From Yuukianura sp. NJ FZ-2021 (Eukaryota): a DNA stretch of 64,000 nt. Shown piece after piece: positions 37,601-49,820 of this stretch. The stretch covers positions 5,394,001-5,458,000 of the forward strand of contig CM102289.1 of assembly GCA_046563655.1 (NCBI GenBank). Reading direction: 5' to 3'. Each line of letters opens with the position of its first letter. Position 1 is the first letter of the stretch. Position numbers and translations under genes: made by a program. The notes under the pieces are model-generated. The model was not told the origin of the DNA. It searched no databases and was given only the letters and a program-made list of their open reading frames with translations.

Positions 37601-40600
37601 TTCCACAATCTGCTCAGCATCCTGGTCCACAATCTTTCTCAAGCACTACGCGTAGAAATAGGTTCTACCTACTCAAATTTCCGGGAAATAAATACAGACT
37701 TAACAATTTTTTATTCAAATCAAGCCAAGCCGTTGAGAACTCATTGAAACCTTTAAAAATTTGAGCACAAAATAAGTTTGCAATGCTCTAAATTATATTT
37801 AAGATATAAGCTTGATGTAATGGAAAACAGGCTCCATGCTTTTCAAAAATGTCATTATTTTTGAAACGTCGACGTATTTTTTAAACGCCTTGAATTTTAT
37901 GCCTCCATTTTGAAAAACCGTAATCGGGCGCTATTTGAGTTTAAAGTGGAATACTTTGGGGATAAGCTTTGAAAGTTTTGGCTTTAGAGTTTCCTATTGT
38001 TGAGCCATCCACAGACATATTTCCACCATCATCATCAACTGCTCAACCCAAGATTGTTCTTACGCCCTTCAAAAGAAAGTTTAAAAAAAAAGTCTTTCAG
38101 GAAAATTGAAACTACTATTTCCCTCCATTGTACTCAAATTTGAAAAAACTCACCACATTCCCACCCTTCAACTTTCATTGTGATTTTCACTGCGGCGGTA
38201 ATAGATGAAAATGGACTCGAAGTGGTATAGCTATTTAGGTTAAGAGGAACGACTTTTACTTTCACATTTTCCGCTTTTGAAAGCTTGACTAAAATTGATA
38301 ACTGGATTAACGATATACAGTATAAATCTGTATACCGGTACGTAGAAATCGGTATGGATGGAATATACGACAGTATTTGTGCTTGTTGCGAGGCGGCATT
38401 CATTAGTCGAATTAAGTCAAATCAAATTATAACACAATAAATTAGCTAAAACTTTCACTTCACAAATCTGATTGTTTACTGCCGACGAACAAAACGGCAT
38501 TTGATTAATTAAACAACAGAATCTTGAGTCTGGAACAAATTTTTAATCCAATAAACTTAGGAAAGTGTGTCAGTGTGACACGCCATTGATACAAATACAT
38601 TCTTTCTGGAACTAGGTTAACATATGGCTCTGTTGTAACCTTTATTTTTATTTATTTATTAATTTATTTATATATTTTTAAACTTGAAATTGGGTTTGTG
38701 AAAAGAAAGATTGCATAGGGTAGATGATGTTGATTGCTTCCGAAATTGTACTCAGATTGAAGCAGTCGCCATGTCTCCAGAGTACGATTCTGCTTCGAAT
38801 CTATTTCGTTTTGAATCCCCATCACTCACTTTTGTCCATTGTTCTCCCATCCTCTTTCCACTCTAATGTGACTTTCACTAGAGCCAGACTAAATAACAGA
38901 AATGGCAGAAACGGCTGGATCCTGGATGTCGTCGGAGCTTCATTTATTCCTTACCTGGTTTTATGGCCCCCTCGGCAGACGTTAACCAACACCCAGCCAC
39001 TCATCAGGGCAATTCAAACGGGTGAAAGTTGCGCAGGCGCACCACTTCCTGCCTGTCAGTAATAAATGGAGACAACTACGCTCACTTAAACGCTTCCACT
39101 CAACTTCACTTGCCCTAAGTGGTGGTCCATTAGCCCCTGCTCATTAAAAAACTAAATCACTTTACACTAATTACTTACACTCAGTCTCTGCTCATCACCC
39201 AGGAACATCTTCCTCAAGCACCACGCAACCAACTCAATCCAAAGACATTAAGCTAACCTAATGTAAAAGCTTTAATTAAACCTAGGTTAACCTCATTTGA
39301 CCTTCAATCTACTCAGCGCGACATTCACTCCCAGAAAACAACCAAGGTTTCAGATTTTCAACAAAATTTTGTAATCGAAAGCGGTTTCAAAGTTTCCAGA
39401 GAAAACTGTGGGTGCTAGATTTCATTTGTTTTTGTTTGGTCAACCAATTGAAGTCGGCAGTCAGTCAATTGAAGTCAGAGGTCACTTGGCTGTGTTAAGA
39501 GAAAGTGTTTGAAGAGGTCGTAGGAAAAGAGGTTGATGGAGAGGTTAGAGTTTGAAATGTCTTAGTGACTGAGGGAGGGGAGTTATCAAGGTGGAGGCAG
39601 TGTGGAAGTTGGCAGAGGGCCCTTTCTGATGGGTCCTTAAGGCGGAACGACCTCACTTTTTCTCATGGAGAAAGTGGCGTTTGTGTTGGGTGCGATAAGG
39701 GCCCTTTGTCACTGTCACGCTCCTCATCCTCTGCCTAGGATTATGAATGTCCCAGAGAATGACGATACATTTGAAGTTTCCATTTCAAATGTTCAATCAA
39801 ATCCTTACAAACTACTCACTTTCACTTCATAAAACAACGAACCGAAAAAGCTCATAACAGATTTACTTTGAAGTCATCTTAAGAAGTCTCGCTCATGGGA
39901 ACGAAGAAACGGACCGAGAAGAACCCAGGGCTCTGTCAAAAGGAAACGCCATTTTGAAATTGAACTTTTGACTTTTCATTTTCCAAGTGCAAATCTCAAA
40001 CCTAATTTCAAAATTCTGTAAACTCTGAAACCCATTTAGTAAATTACAAACCCTCATCATAGAAAACCACATGCAGCTTACCTGCCCCGAGTGCGGTGTT
40101 TAGATTCGCCAATGGCGCCGGCGCACTTTGAGCCGACTAGTCTGACACCTCATCCCTCATGAAGCATTTCCGTTGCCCAGCTTCTGCCTTGTTACAAACC
40201 AAAAAGTTTTAAAGATTCGTAACACGTAGAGCGACGGTTGGGACACTCTTAGTAATGACACCCATTAATTCTTGATATCACCAGATCCATTCTCCCCTCC
40301 TTTGTCTCTTCGCCTCTTCCAGGAACTTTTTGGCACGCGTAATTACAATTCCAGAGTTGGGCACAGAAAACGTGTTCCAGTTTCTCATTTTGATCCCATC
40401 AGAGACTTTCAGTCGTCGATTAACTCCTAAACAGATTTAAATAAGAAGAACCCATGTTAAGGTTAGTCGTTTTCTAATTACTTTCTTCTACATTCCACTC
40501 ATGGACCACCACTGCATAATTTCCGTATTACGAGTTCTCTAGTGGAAGGGCCGACTAAAAGTGAGAAGAAGGTGAAAGTGAGAAAGTGAAAGTCAAAAGG

Positions 40601-43600
40601 GAGCATAAGCCGAAGATAAAATTAAGCCAGAAGACGTCCTTATTAGAGAAGGAAGGACAGGCCAAGAAAAAAAAGAGAAAGTCTTGGATGGATTAGGGCG
40701 CCGCTTTTAAAAAAAGAAGAAGAAAGTGCTGGGCAGAAGAGAGCGAGGGGATCGTGTGGTGAAAGTCAAAGAGAAGGCGAACTTCAATTCTTGAACGCTG
40801 CGATCGGATTCTGGTGCTGCCGCAGTAGTGAAGAAAGTTATCCAGGAAGAGAAAGTGAGCCTCCTTTTGGTATTAGTCTTCCTATTCTTTCCCTAAACAA
40901 CGTGAACAGAATTTTGAATTTTGGCGGGTGGGTAAGCCTTGTAAGAAGGCTGTTGGCTAACGAAGAAAAAAATTATTCAAAAGGCGGGAAACATTTTTCA
41001 TTTTCTCATTTTGTTTGGGCAAAGACGGAAGAGGAAGGGAAGATCCGAATTCTAAAGAAACTCTAAAAAACGGCCTCTAAACCTTTCTTTAGTGGACTCA
41101 AATTTTTTTGAAAAGAGAATTTAGAAATTCAAAAAATAAAGTTAAGAGTTTACGCACGGCAAACTAGAAATTCAATTTCTTTTCAAATTCTGCTCAAATC
41201 TTAAAACCAAAAAAAAAAAACAAGAAAAAACTCAAAATTCTAAAAACTTTCTTACAGTGCTTGAAGGGCTCAAGGAATCTTCTTTTTTTCAAAAAGAAGG
41301 ATTTTTTCTGATCCTTTATTTTAAAAAATTGTACGTTCAGAGTTGTAGTTTTTTCTTGTCCAAATGCTCATAACGTAAAGACTCGCTGAGTGATGAAGAT
41401 GATCCGACAAGTCCAAAACTCTATTCACATTTTCCCAGTCTTTTTCGTAAATGATAAGAAACGTCGAAAATAAAATGTGCGTAATTCCTAAAACAAATTT
41501 GTGGTGCGTTTACCAGGTTGAGGTTTTCAAAGCTTTAAAATACTACAGAAAAAAGTATAAATTTTTTGAAATTTTTGCCCTGTCTTAGCAAATTAAAAAT
41601 TGTTAAGCTTGGATGTGACAACAGATAGTGTCGTTTGGTGGAGTGCTTAGCCACTGGAAGGGTATTTGGCTCTCTTGAAGTCAGTTGGGACTTTTCACAC
41701 ACCCTCCAGGACCAGAAACTGAACCTCAACAAACAAATTGATTGAAAGTCTCTTCTGCCTTAACTATTGCGTCTAGGTTCTAGCGTCTAACGACTAACGG
41801 CCTAACGGCTAGCGTCTAACGAACAGAAAACACCAAGGAATTAACCAACTTCAAACCAAACACTACTCACGTTCCAGTCGAATCGAAGAGCATTAACGAA
41901 ATCCATCCGGCCTCAACTCACTTCAACCTCTTTGTTCAAAGTTAAAAGTTTAAAAAAATTATTTACCCAACAAAATTTTTCATCAACTCCTTGTTCCACT
42001 TTAAAATCTTCGATAATATAATAGTTTCATTACTTCATAAATAATGTATAGTTCTACTCACCTTTAACAATATTAAGCTATTCATCATAGTGGCATTTGA
42101 AATTCGAATTTTCTTTACCCAATTTTTGGGAGTTAAATGTGATTGTCAAAGTAGTCGATTTGTTTAGTCCTTTCTAAGGTTATGTTGACATTTGACATTT
42201 CAGGGAGTGTAGAGTTTTCAATTTTTGTGGAATCGGATGAAGGGGTGTAGGTTATGTTGGCTTGAAGGATGTTGAGTCTAATCCAATGTGAGAGCAGCGA
42301 GGGAGAAAATGGAAGACGAATAATCTGGCGCACTCATTTAAAAGATCTATGACTTCCAAAGCTCTCTTTCCACTTTCTCCTGCCAACAACCACGGGTTGG
42401 GACGCACAATTTCCAACACTGGAGCAAAAACCAACCCTTGATATCTGACACTCTCCAAATAACACGTTCAACCAAATTTCAAGATTTCTTACACCTCCCG
42501 ACGACTCGTATAACATGGAGAATGTATGGACTTTAGGTTATGTAGTTGGGTAAGACTACGACGGTTAGGGTTAGGTTGGGCTTAGGGTTTCCTTTACTTG
42601 CCAGAACATTTCACACTTGAATTCCATTTCCCCACGAATACTTAGTTTTCACCGTTTTCACAGAAGGAAGCCAAAATATTTTCTTCTGTCACCCATACCC
42701 CTCCCTATCCGAACCTTCCTTAAGCTAAGGAGCTTTGCTAAACGTAAATTTTGAAGTTAGGCGTTTTTAATGGGCGGGGAAAAGCGTGGGTGAAGACGCG
42801 TTTTCTCCTTTGCTCAGTATTATTCACAACAACCCGCCATTTCCACTATTTCAAATCACATTTGAGGCATAGATCATCTACAAAAAAAATCCTGACTCCA
42901 CTATGAAAAAATTCCGCTCACATCCGACACTAACACCTAGCCAAACCAAAGTCTACCCTTAACTCGTACGTAGTTGGAGAACGAAATGATGCTCAAGTTG
43001 AAAAATGCAGTTAGATACAAAGTTCATCATCATATTTCAGTTTTTGAAGTATTGATAGCCAACGACGATAGGACATAATTTTTGAAAAGTGCAGTTTTTC
43101 AATTGTCATGGTCTCCAATTTAAAAAAGAGCTAAGAAAATAATTTCTCAATGTGCATGTGAAATGTTAAGTTTCGGTTTTGGTTGAGGCGACTGATGTCG
43201 TAATTAAAAGTGAAAGTGAGAAATCGCAACGTGGAAGTGAAAATTGAGAAATTTCAGTCGTTGAAGTATGAGATCCAGTGAAAAATCAAAGGAACTTTCA
43301 CTTTCTTCTGTTTCGCATAATTAACTCGGGGAGAAAGTAATCGCGACTTAAAAAACTTAAGTTTTGCCAGCATCAAAGCGCTTTTGGTTTCTTAAAGGTT
43401 TTAAGTTGGAGGTGAGCTACGGATTTTCAATTTCAAAATTTCCACTTTCAAGATTCCAATTTTAGTATGTTGAGGTGTATGGTAGCGGTTAAAGTGTTCC
43501 TTCTTACCCAAAACTTGGCACCACGAATACTTGTACAACACAAGTAATTCCTAATGGGCTTTTTCAAAACTCTTCACAATTTTTGAAAACTTTTTCGCCT

Positions 43601-44448
43601 TTGATCTCATGGAAAAGGTTGACAAGCTTTTAATATCCTTTTCACTTTTAACATAAAAGTGTGAAATTTTGAAACATTAAATCCAAACCTGTCAGGTTAG
43701 TTTAAGTTTTCATAAGAAATTTCCAAACTTTCACCTGACCTATTTTCCAAAGTTCGAGAATTTTGCTTTTGTACAAAAACTTTTAACTTTTTTTTTTGGT
43801 TAGCGATTTGTCTAGCTGTTTTCTTTTGTACAATGTGTAAATTCCAGTGTGTTTTTCTTGCAAAAAAACACGTTTGTTTTACGGGGTGGCGCGGTCAAAG
43901 AAGGAAAGTAATTTTGCACAAGAATTGGAATTTTTAGAAGAATTAGTTCTTTTTTCTATGTCAATTACGAAATTCCAATGGAGGAGAGAGTCCAGTAAGA
44001 TGGTTTCCAAGGAATTGCACCCTGTTTTCGTTATTGCTTTTCTACAAAGTGAAAGGCCAACGTTCCACTTTTGCCTTTAGTGCAGCATCTCTCTTACTGA
44101 AGCATGTGGAATTGTCCACTGCTTCCAAGTACTAAAAAACAAAGAAGGGATTAAGTTGAAACGACAAAAGGAAAAAAACTACAGACTCATTTGGAATCCA
44201 ATGGATTTTGGGGGGCTCCACTTTTTGATTCTTTTTGATTCTTAGAAGAAAAGAAACAGCGCCAGATGAAGAGAATACTTTGGGAGGAGGATGGAACGCG
44301 CTATGCGGAGGCTGGAAGCTGAGAGAAAGCGCACTGGAGCCGTTGCTTGCTGGAATTAGTAAGTTGAGCTCCAGACTTTCTCCGGTTGGCTGTTAGTTTT
44401 AGTTTTGCTCCCGCTCTGAACAGGTTCACTCTACAACCACTTCACTTT

Positions 44449-44516
44449 TCAAAATTACGTGTATTCGAAGTTCAAGAACATCGCTTGTCAAAATTACGCG
44501 TATTTGAAGTTCAAGA
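44449..44516. repeat. Short tandem duplication (29-bp unit, 39-bp period)
   Basis: TCAAAATTACGTGTATTCGAAGTTCAAGA and TCAAAATTACGCGTATTTGAAGTTCAAGA. Confidence 0.8.
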
Positions 44517-47500
44517 TTTTGAGAAAAAACCGGAAGTGTTTATCAAGAGATCTTCTCCAGCTTGGGCTGACTTGTTGTCGACTGCATAAAGTTGCACGAC
44601 ATACTAGAAAGAAAGGCCAAATTTGAACCATAGTGAAAGAGAGCAAACTTTGACGGAGAAAGTGTTTCCGGAAAGGAAATTTGGCTTTTCTCTACGGTGA
44701 AAGTGAAATTCGAAACAGCAGAGGCGATTACAATTAAGATTTTGGATTGTAGGAGGATTGGAAAAACAAAAGGAACTTTCTACATCGTATCTCCTTACTT
44801 ATCCGTAAGTAGTTGTGTCCTAAATCCTTTCGAACTTTGGCGCCATTCTGAAATTTCACACATCTAACTTTTGATTTTTACACTCCCGTTCAAAACCAAG
44901 CTTTGGGTGACAAAAAGGTGTCAATTCAGCTACTTTTCCAATTTTGTCAAAACCTTATTAAAGAAAAGCGGAGAGAAAATTGGTTTAATTGAATTAAAAA
45001 TCGCACCACTTTTGAGCGTTGGGTTTAAACATGACCCAGAAAATTTTTCAAAGCCTGAAGGAATTTTTTCCCCATTTTTTTGGTGAAAGTAAAGGAAAAG
45101 TCTATACCGTTCCAGGTTCCATAAAATGCGAAGATGAAGATTGCGGATGATTTAGATGTGGAACTTTTGGTTACACAAAGGCCGAAATGGAGTGAAAGTG
45201 AACGTCCCCGCCGCTCTCTGCCGCTCATTCACTTGAAATAATTTCGTTTTGTTCGTCGTAGTTTGTAAGCAAAAAGAAAAGTTTTTCGGGCGAGAGTGAG
45301 AGGAAAATCCGCTCATGCGAAATCCATTCTATCATCTCACACCTATCTCTCCTTGTGGTGAAAATTTTCAAACAAACTCAAATTATGCAAATAATTTGAG
45401 AGAACATCGTTTATTTTTCTATGGGCCCACAAATGGTTTCAGACGACGGTGGAGAAATATTTTTTCTGAAGACGAAACTGTCAACAAACTCTGTCTTTTA
45501 CTTTCTCTCCATTCGAAGACAGGCTTTTACTTTTTAAGTTGAGTTGTTCTTGTGTTGAACAACATAAAAGTTGAACAACTTTTACCCAGTCGACAAATTT
45601 ACGAAGTTTCCTCAGGTTACTCTGATAACAAACTTTCACTTTACTTTCACCTTGTTTGTGTTTGTTTTAATTTTCATCTCCAGTTTCACATTTTCCACTT
45701 TCACCTAAACGAAAATTGTCTTCATTTGCTTTCTAATTTCGTTTGGTTTGTCGACTTTAGCGCGTTTTTTCACATTTTCAAAACGGTTCGAACGTAACTA
45801 AAAACATGCGTAGATTTAATTAATAGTTGTAGTTTCTATTTAAATTCCTTAACACCTCTGTAACTATCAGGCTTCAGTTACTAATTACAAAGTATTATCT
45901 AACAACTCAATTCAATCTGAAGAAAAGTCTGTCGTTGAAATATTTTGCTGTTGTTTGTAGGATTTCTTGGACGCACGGACACTCAATTCAAACGCGAAGC
46001 ACTTTGCCGCCGAAATCCAATTGCATCGAACACCAAAATTACCAATTATTGTCAAAATCACGTTCTGAACAAAAGTCTCAAGCCTAGTTCCCACCATCTG
46101 CCTCCGTCGAAGCCTCCGATATATCGAAAGCAAAATCTTCACCTGATTTTGTCTGTTGTAACAAAACACGTCGAAGTCCCCAACAGACTTTCTCTCTTGT
46201 GAACGATTATGTTACATTTGCATCCATTTATTCGGAGAAATACGAGAGGAGCGTGCTTTGAATTAATATGGCCAGTTTTCGTTTAAAGTGATAAATACCC
46301 GGATTTTCAAATCTCCCGGAACTCAGTTTGTGCCGCATCTCTCTGCTCTCTACTAAAATCTCTGCATCTCCTTCCAATTTTTCACTGCTACTTGACTTGA
46401 ACTCAATCTGAACAGGTCACCAGCTCGTCATTTGGAGAACCAACAAAAGTGGAGAAATTCTGCAAAAGTTTTTACCTCAACTTTGGCGAAAACTGAGTTA
46501 AGCCTTTTGACAGCCTATGTGGAGAAAACTGTTTTCGTTTGACTGGAAAGTGTGAAAATTTGACAAGGAAAGAGTTTAGAGTTTGACCGCAGTTGTAAAC
46601 TCTTTGGGTTTGTCTCAAACTCAGACAAGTCAGACACTACTTCTCGCTTTTTGTTGGAACAATTTTGTACAAAGAACAAACGAATTTTGAAGAAACTTGT
46701 AAGTGGAAGTGAAAACTCATCTTCATCTCCGCAAATAATTAAATTGACCCAGCAATTCTTAGGTGAAAGCAGCCTTCTCCTCTGCAGTTACTCCCTCCGT
46801 CGTACTCTCAATTCCCTTGAGAACCCCTGAAACTATGGGGGGATCTTACTGACAACTTGAAGGAAAAGCTTTCTTATCATCATCACGAAGAACTTTCTGA
46901 AGGGGAGGGGGAAAACCTACGTCTTGGAACGTGCGTTGAGTGCTTCTGTAGCTTTAACTCGAAAGTGTTCAGTAGTAAGCAGGGATTGACGATTAAGAGA
47001 TAGAGTCAGTTTCTTGTCTTTTTTCAGCATTTCTTCTCCTTTCTCCATTCAGACCTGGGCATCGACTTTCTCACTTTCTTTTGGTGTAAGTTTTTGATTG
47101 AAACCAAGATTCAGCGTTAAGGGAAGAAACTTAAGAATCCTCGTTCCCCTCGTTTTTGAAAATACCAGCCTAATCGACTAACCTAACCTAACATAAGTAA
47201 CCTAGTAAACGTAGAGTGCAACGACTGTTATTGTGACTGTAAATCAACTTTAAGCAGAACAAAGAACAGAAGAGAGCGAGGGAAAACAAAAGAAGCACCG
47301 CCAGGTACGTTGAATTAGAAACCAGTGGAGCTTGGGAAAAGTAAAACAAAACATTTGGGAAGCGGCGGTTGGTGAATTTGAACACAGCTCTGTAAACGCT
47401 GAACCTTGGAGCACTTTGAAAAGTAAGTTTGAATTTTCCAAATGTGAATTTTCCCGGGGTCTGATCAGAATCCCATTTCCACTGCGACTACTGACTCTGT

Positions 47501-47551
47501 CGTTTCTCCTCTTTTCAGAATCCGCGCGCAGTGAATAAATCAAGAGTGAGA

Positions 47552-47642
47552 ATGGTGGCTCCATTTCTGTCACGAACTCTGACGTGGGCAAGTATTCTCG
47601 CCATGATGGATCTACTTCTCATGGCGGCCATTGCAAATGACG
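47552..47642 (+). CDS. First coding exon (signal peptide) of an unidentified large-intron secreted or cell-surface protein gene; exon 47519-47642
   Basis: CTGAC branch point (47491), polypyrimidine tract and TTTTCAG acceptor, then ATG at 47552 encoding MVAPFLSRTLTWASILAMMDLLLMAAIAND, then a consensus G|GTAAGT phase-1 donor. I found no downstream coding exon in the window. Confidence 0.6.
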
Positions 47643-49769
47643 GTAAGTATTTAAAGTTCAAAAACCAATCAACCATTCATGTCAAACACACTTTCCCGCC
47701 AATCTTAAAATTTCCGCCAATTTCAAGTGTGAAGCTTCCCACGACAATTTCATACATTATGTTCCCGGAAACCTAAACATTGCAGGCATAAGCAGTAGTC
47801 TCAAATACTAGATTAGAACTTTTAACTTTTTTCTTATGACATTTGGTCTCTAATGACCTTTTGGGCTTGAATTGAGTTGATAAGAAGACTACGTAGCTTA
47901 TGTCACTGTAAGTTGGCATGGAATTTTTAACGAAGCAAGCCCAAATTTTCAAATTTTTATATTAAAAAGGGCAGTTTGAATGAAAGTTTTCTGGTTTCGG
48001 GAACATGTTTGAAAAGATTAAGCCTTCTTGTAGATTAGGTTTAGGTTTATGTAAGGATAGTATTAAGGCTTCAGCTAGGTTAATGTTAGGTTTAGTGCAG
48101 ATGTAATTGAGCTACTCGGTTCAGTGAAAGAGATGATTTTGTGCTTTTTGGAAAATCTTCTGTGACCTCTACAGAATCCCGTTAAATTCTTCCAGTTTCC
48201 GCGCCCTTTGACCTGACGGAAGGAATACTGCGTAAAGAGCTCCAGTCAAGAAAAGCTTTATTTGATCTGACAAGGAGAAAGTCAAAACATGTCAGCTTTC
48301 TCCTCTCCTCAGTTTTTATTTCTTCATTCAAGTCTTCGTATTTTTACGTTTCTTCTTCTTTGCTCTTTGGTTTTTACAATACCTGATTCAACTTCTCAAT
48401 GGACCCAGAAAAAAATGAAAAGAACAACATTTGGCTTTTTCAGACTTTTTATGCCGTTCCGCCCTTCTCAGGGAACAATCTGATTTGGAAAACAATGAAA
48501 AAACTGAAACTGTAGAATTTCATTTCTTTTTTCAAAAATATAAAAGTGCCAACTTTCACTTTTGGAATAACAAAGGCAATCTTCATTCACTCCTTTCTTT
48601 TTTGTGTGTTTTTAAAAATATTGTAAAACAAGCATCGACACAAGAATACAAATTTTTCAATTTTCTCTTTCCTAGTTGTTCAAGTTTTGATTTAAAATGA
48701 AAGAGAAAAAACAAGAAGATTGACGTTTTTGATTTAAAAAAAACTTTGGACTTGAGAGTTCATTCACTGCATTGAAGTTTCACGTGTCTGTGCTGAAATT
48801 CAAAACTTATTTTTATTTTTATTTCCTACTTTGAATTAAACTGTGCTTCTTTTTCTTTTGAAATGGTTTCAATTTGAGACAACCAGAAAAAAAGACCGTT
48901 TTTCTAAAGACTTGAACTTTAAATTGAAATGCAGAAGACGGAGTCGGATTTTCTTGAACTTTCCGTTCAGCTCCCTTTACGAGACGTGGGCATAGACATA
49001 GTTGTAATTTCACTTCCAAATCCAACTTATTGTACAATCCAGAGGAACTGGAGGAGGGGAAAGTCAATTTTGCCCATCTTTGCATAAAAGTGTATTAAAA
49101 TTGAATTACGACTACCCGTGCATCCCTCCTTGCGGAACAAAGAAAGTAGAGTAATGCCTTTTGCCCAGTTTTGGCATTCGAAGAGGGTAGTTCATTTATA
49201 CTATTATTACTATTAGAACCATTAGATTCACTAGGAGAAGCTGCTAGAACAATCTTCAAGCAGAAGAAGAAGGCGCCAGAGTGTAAATTTTATTTAAGTT
49301 GTTCCTAAACAGACAAAACGGACTCATCTTCTTTATTGTCAACTTGACAATCTTCTTAAGGTTCTGAAAATTTGTAGCGCCAGTGTCTGAAGGAGATGCA
49401 GAAAATTTTCCAAGATTCAAAAATGGGCACTTCAACGCAGGCGATTTGAACTATACTCGGAAATTCAAAATTTACAAAAGACCATACGATAAAGTCAGTC
49501 CACATCGTTGCATTTACGACATTTTTTTTTGAGGCAGTTGGTTTACGGTTTTGCAGGTCTTTAACAACGTATTTGAACGTTGGCGGTAATTGGAAAACTT
49601 TAAGCATAGAATTGGACGCCATTTTGTTTTTGCGCTAAACACAAAAAGTGCGGTGCGGTTTGACGAGTTTTAAGCTTATTGAAGAAGAGGAAGCAACTTG
49701 CATTTTTGTTAGGAAAAGGGTATCGACTGAGTAGTTTTCCATTTGGTTGTAATGGCTCTCCAATGAAGG

Positions 49770-49820
49770 AAAGTTGGAGGGAGTAACTATGACAGTATGG
49801 AAGATGGAGGGAGTAACTAT
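49770..49820. repeat. Short tandem duplication (30-bp period)
   Basis: TGGAGGGAGTAACTAT occurs twice, 30 bp apart. Confidence 0.75.
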
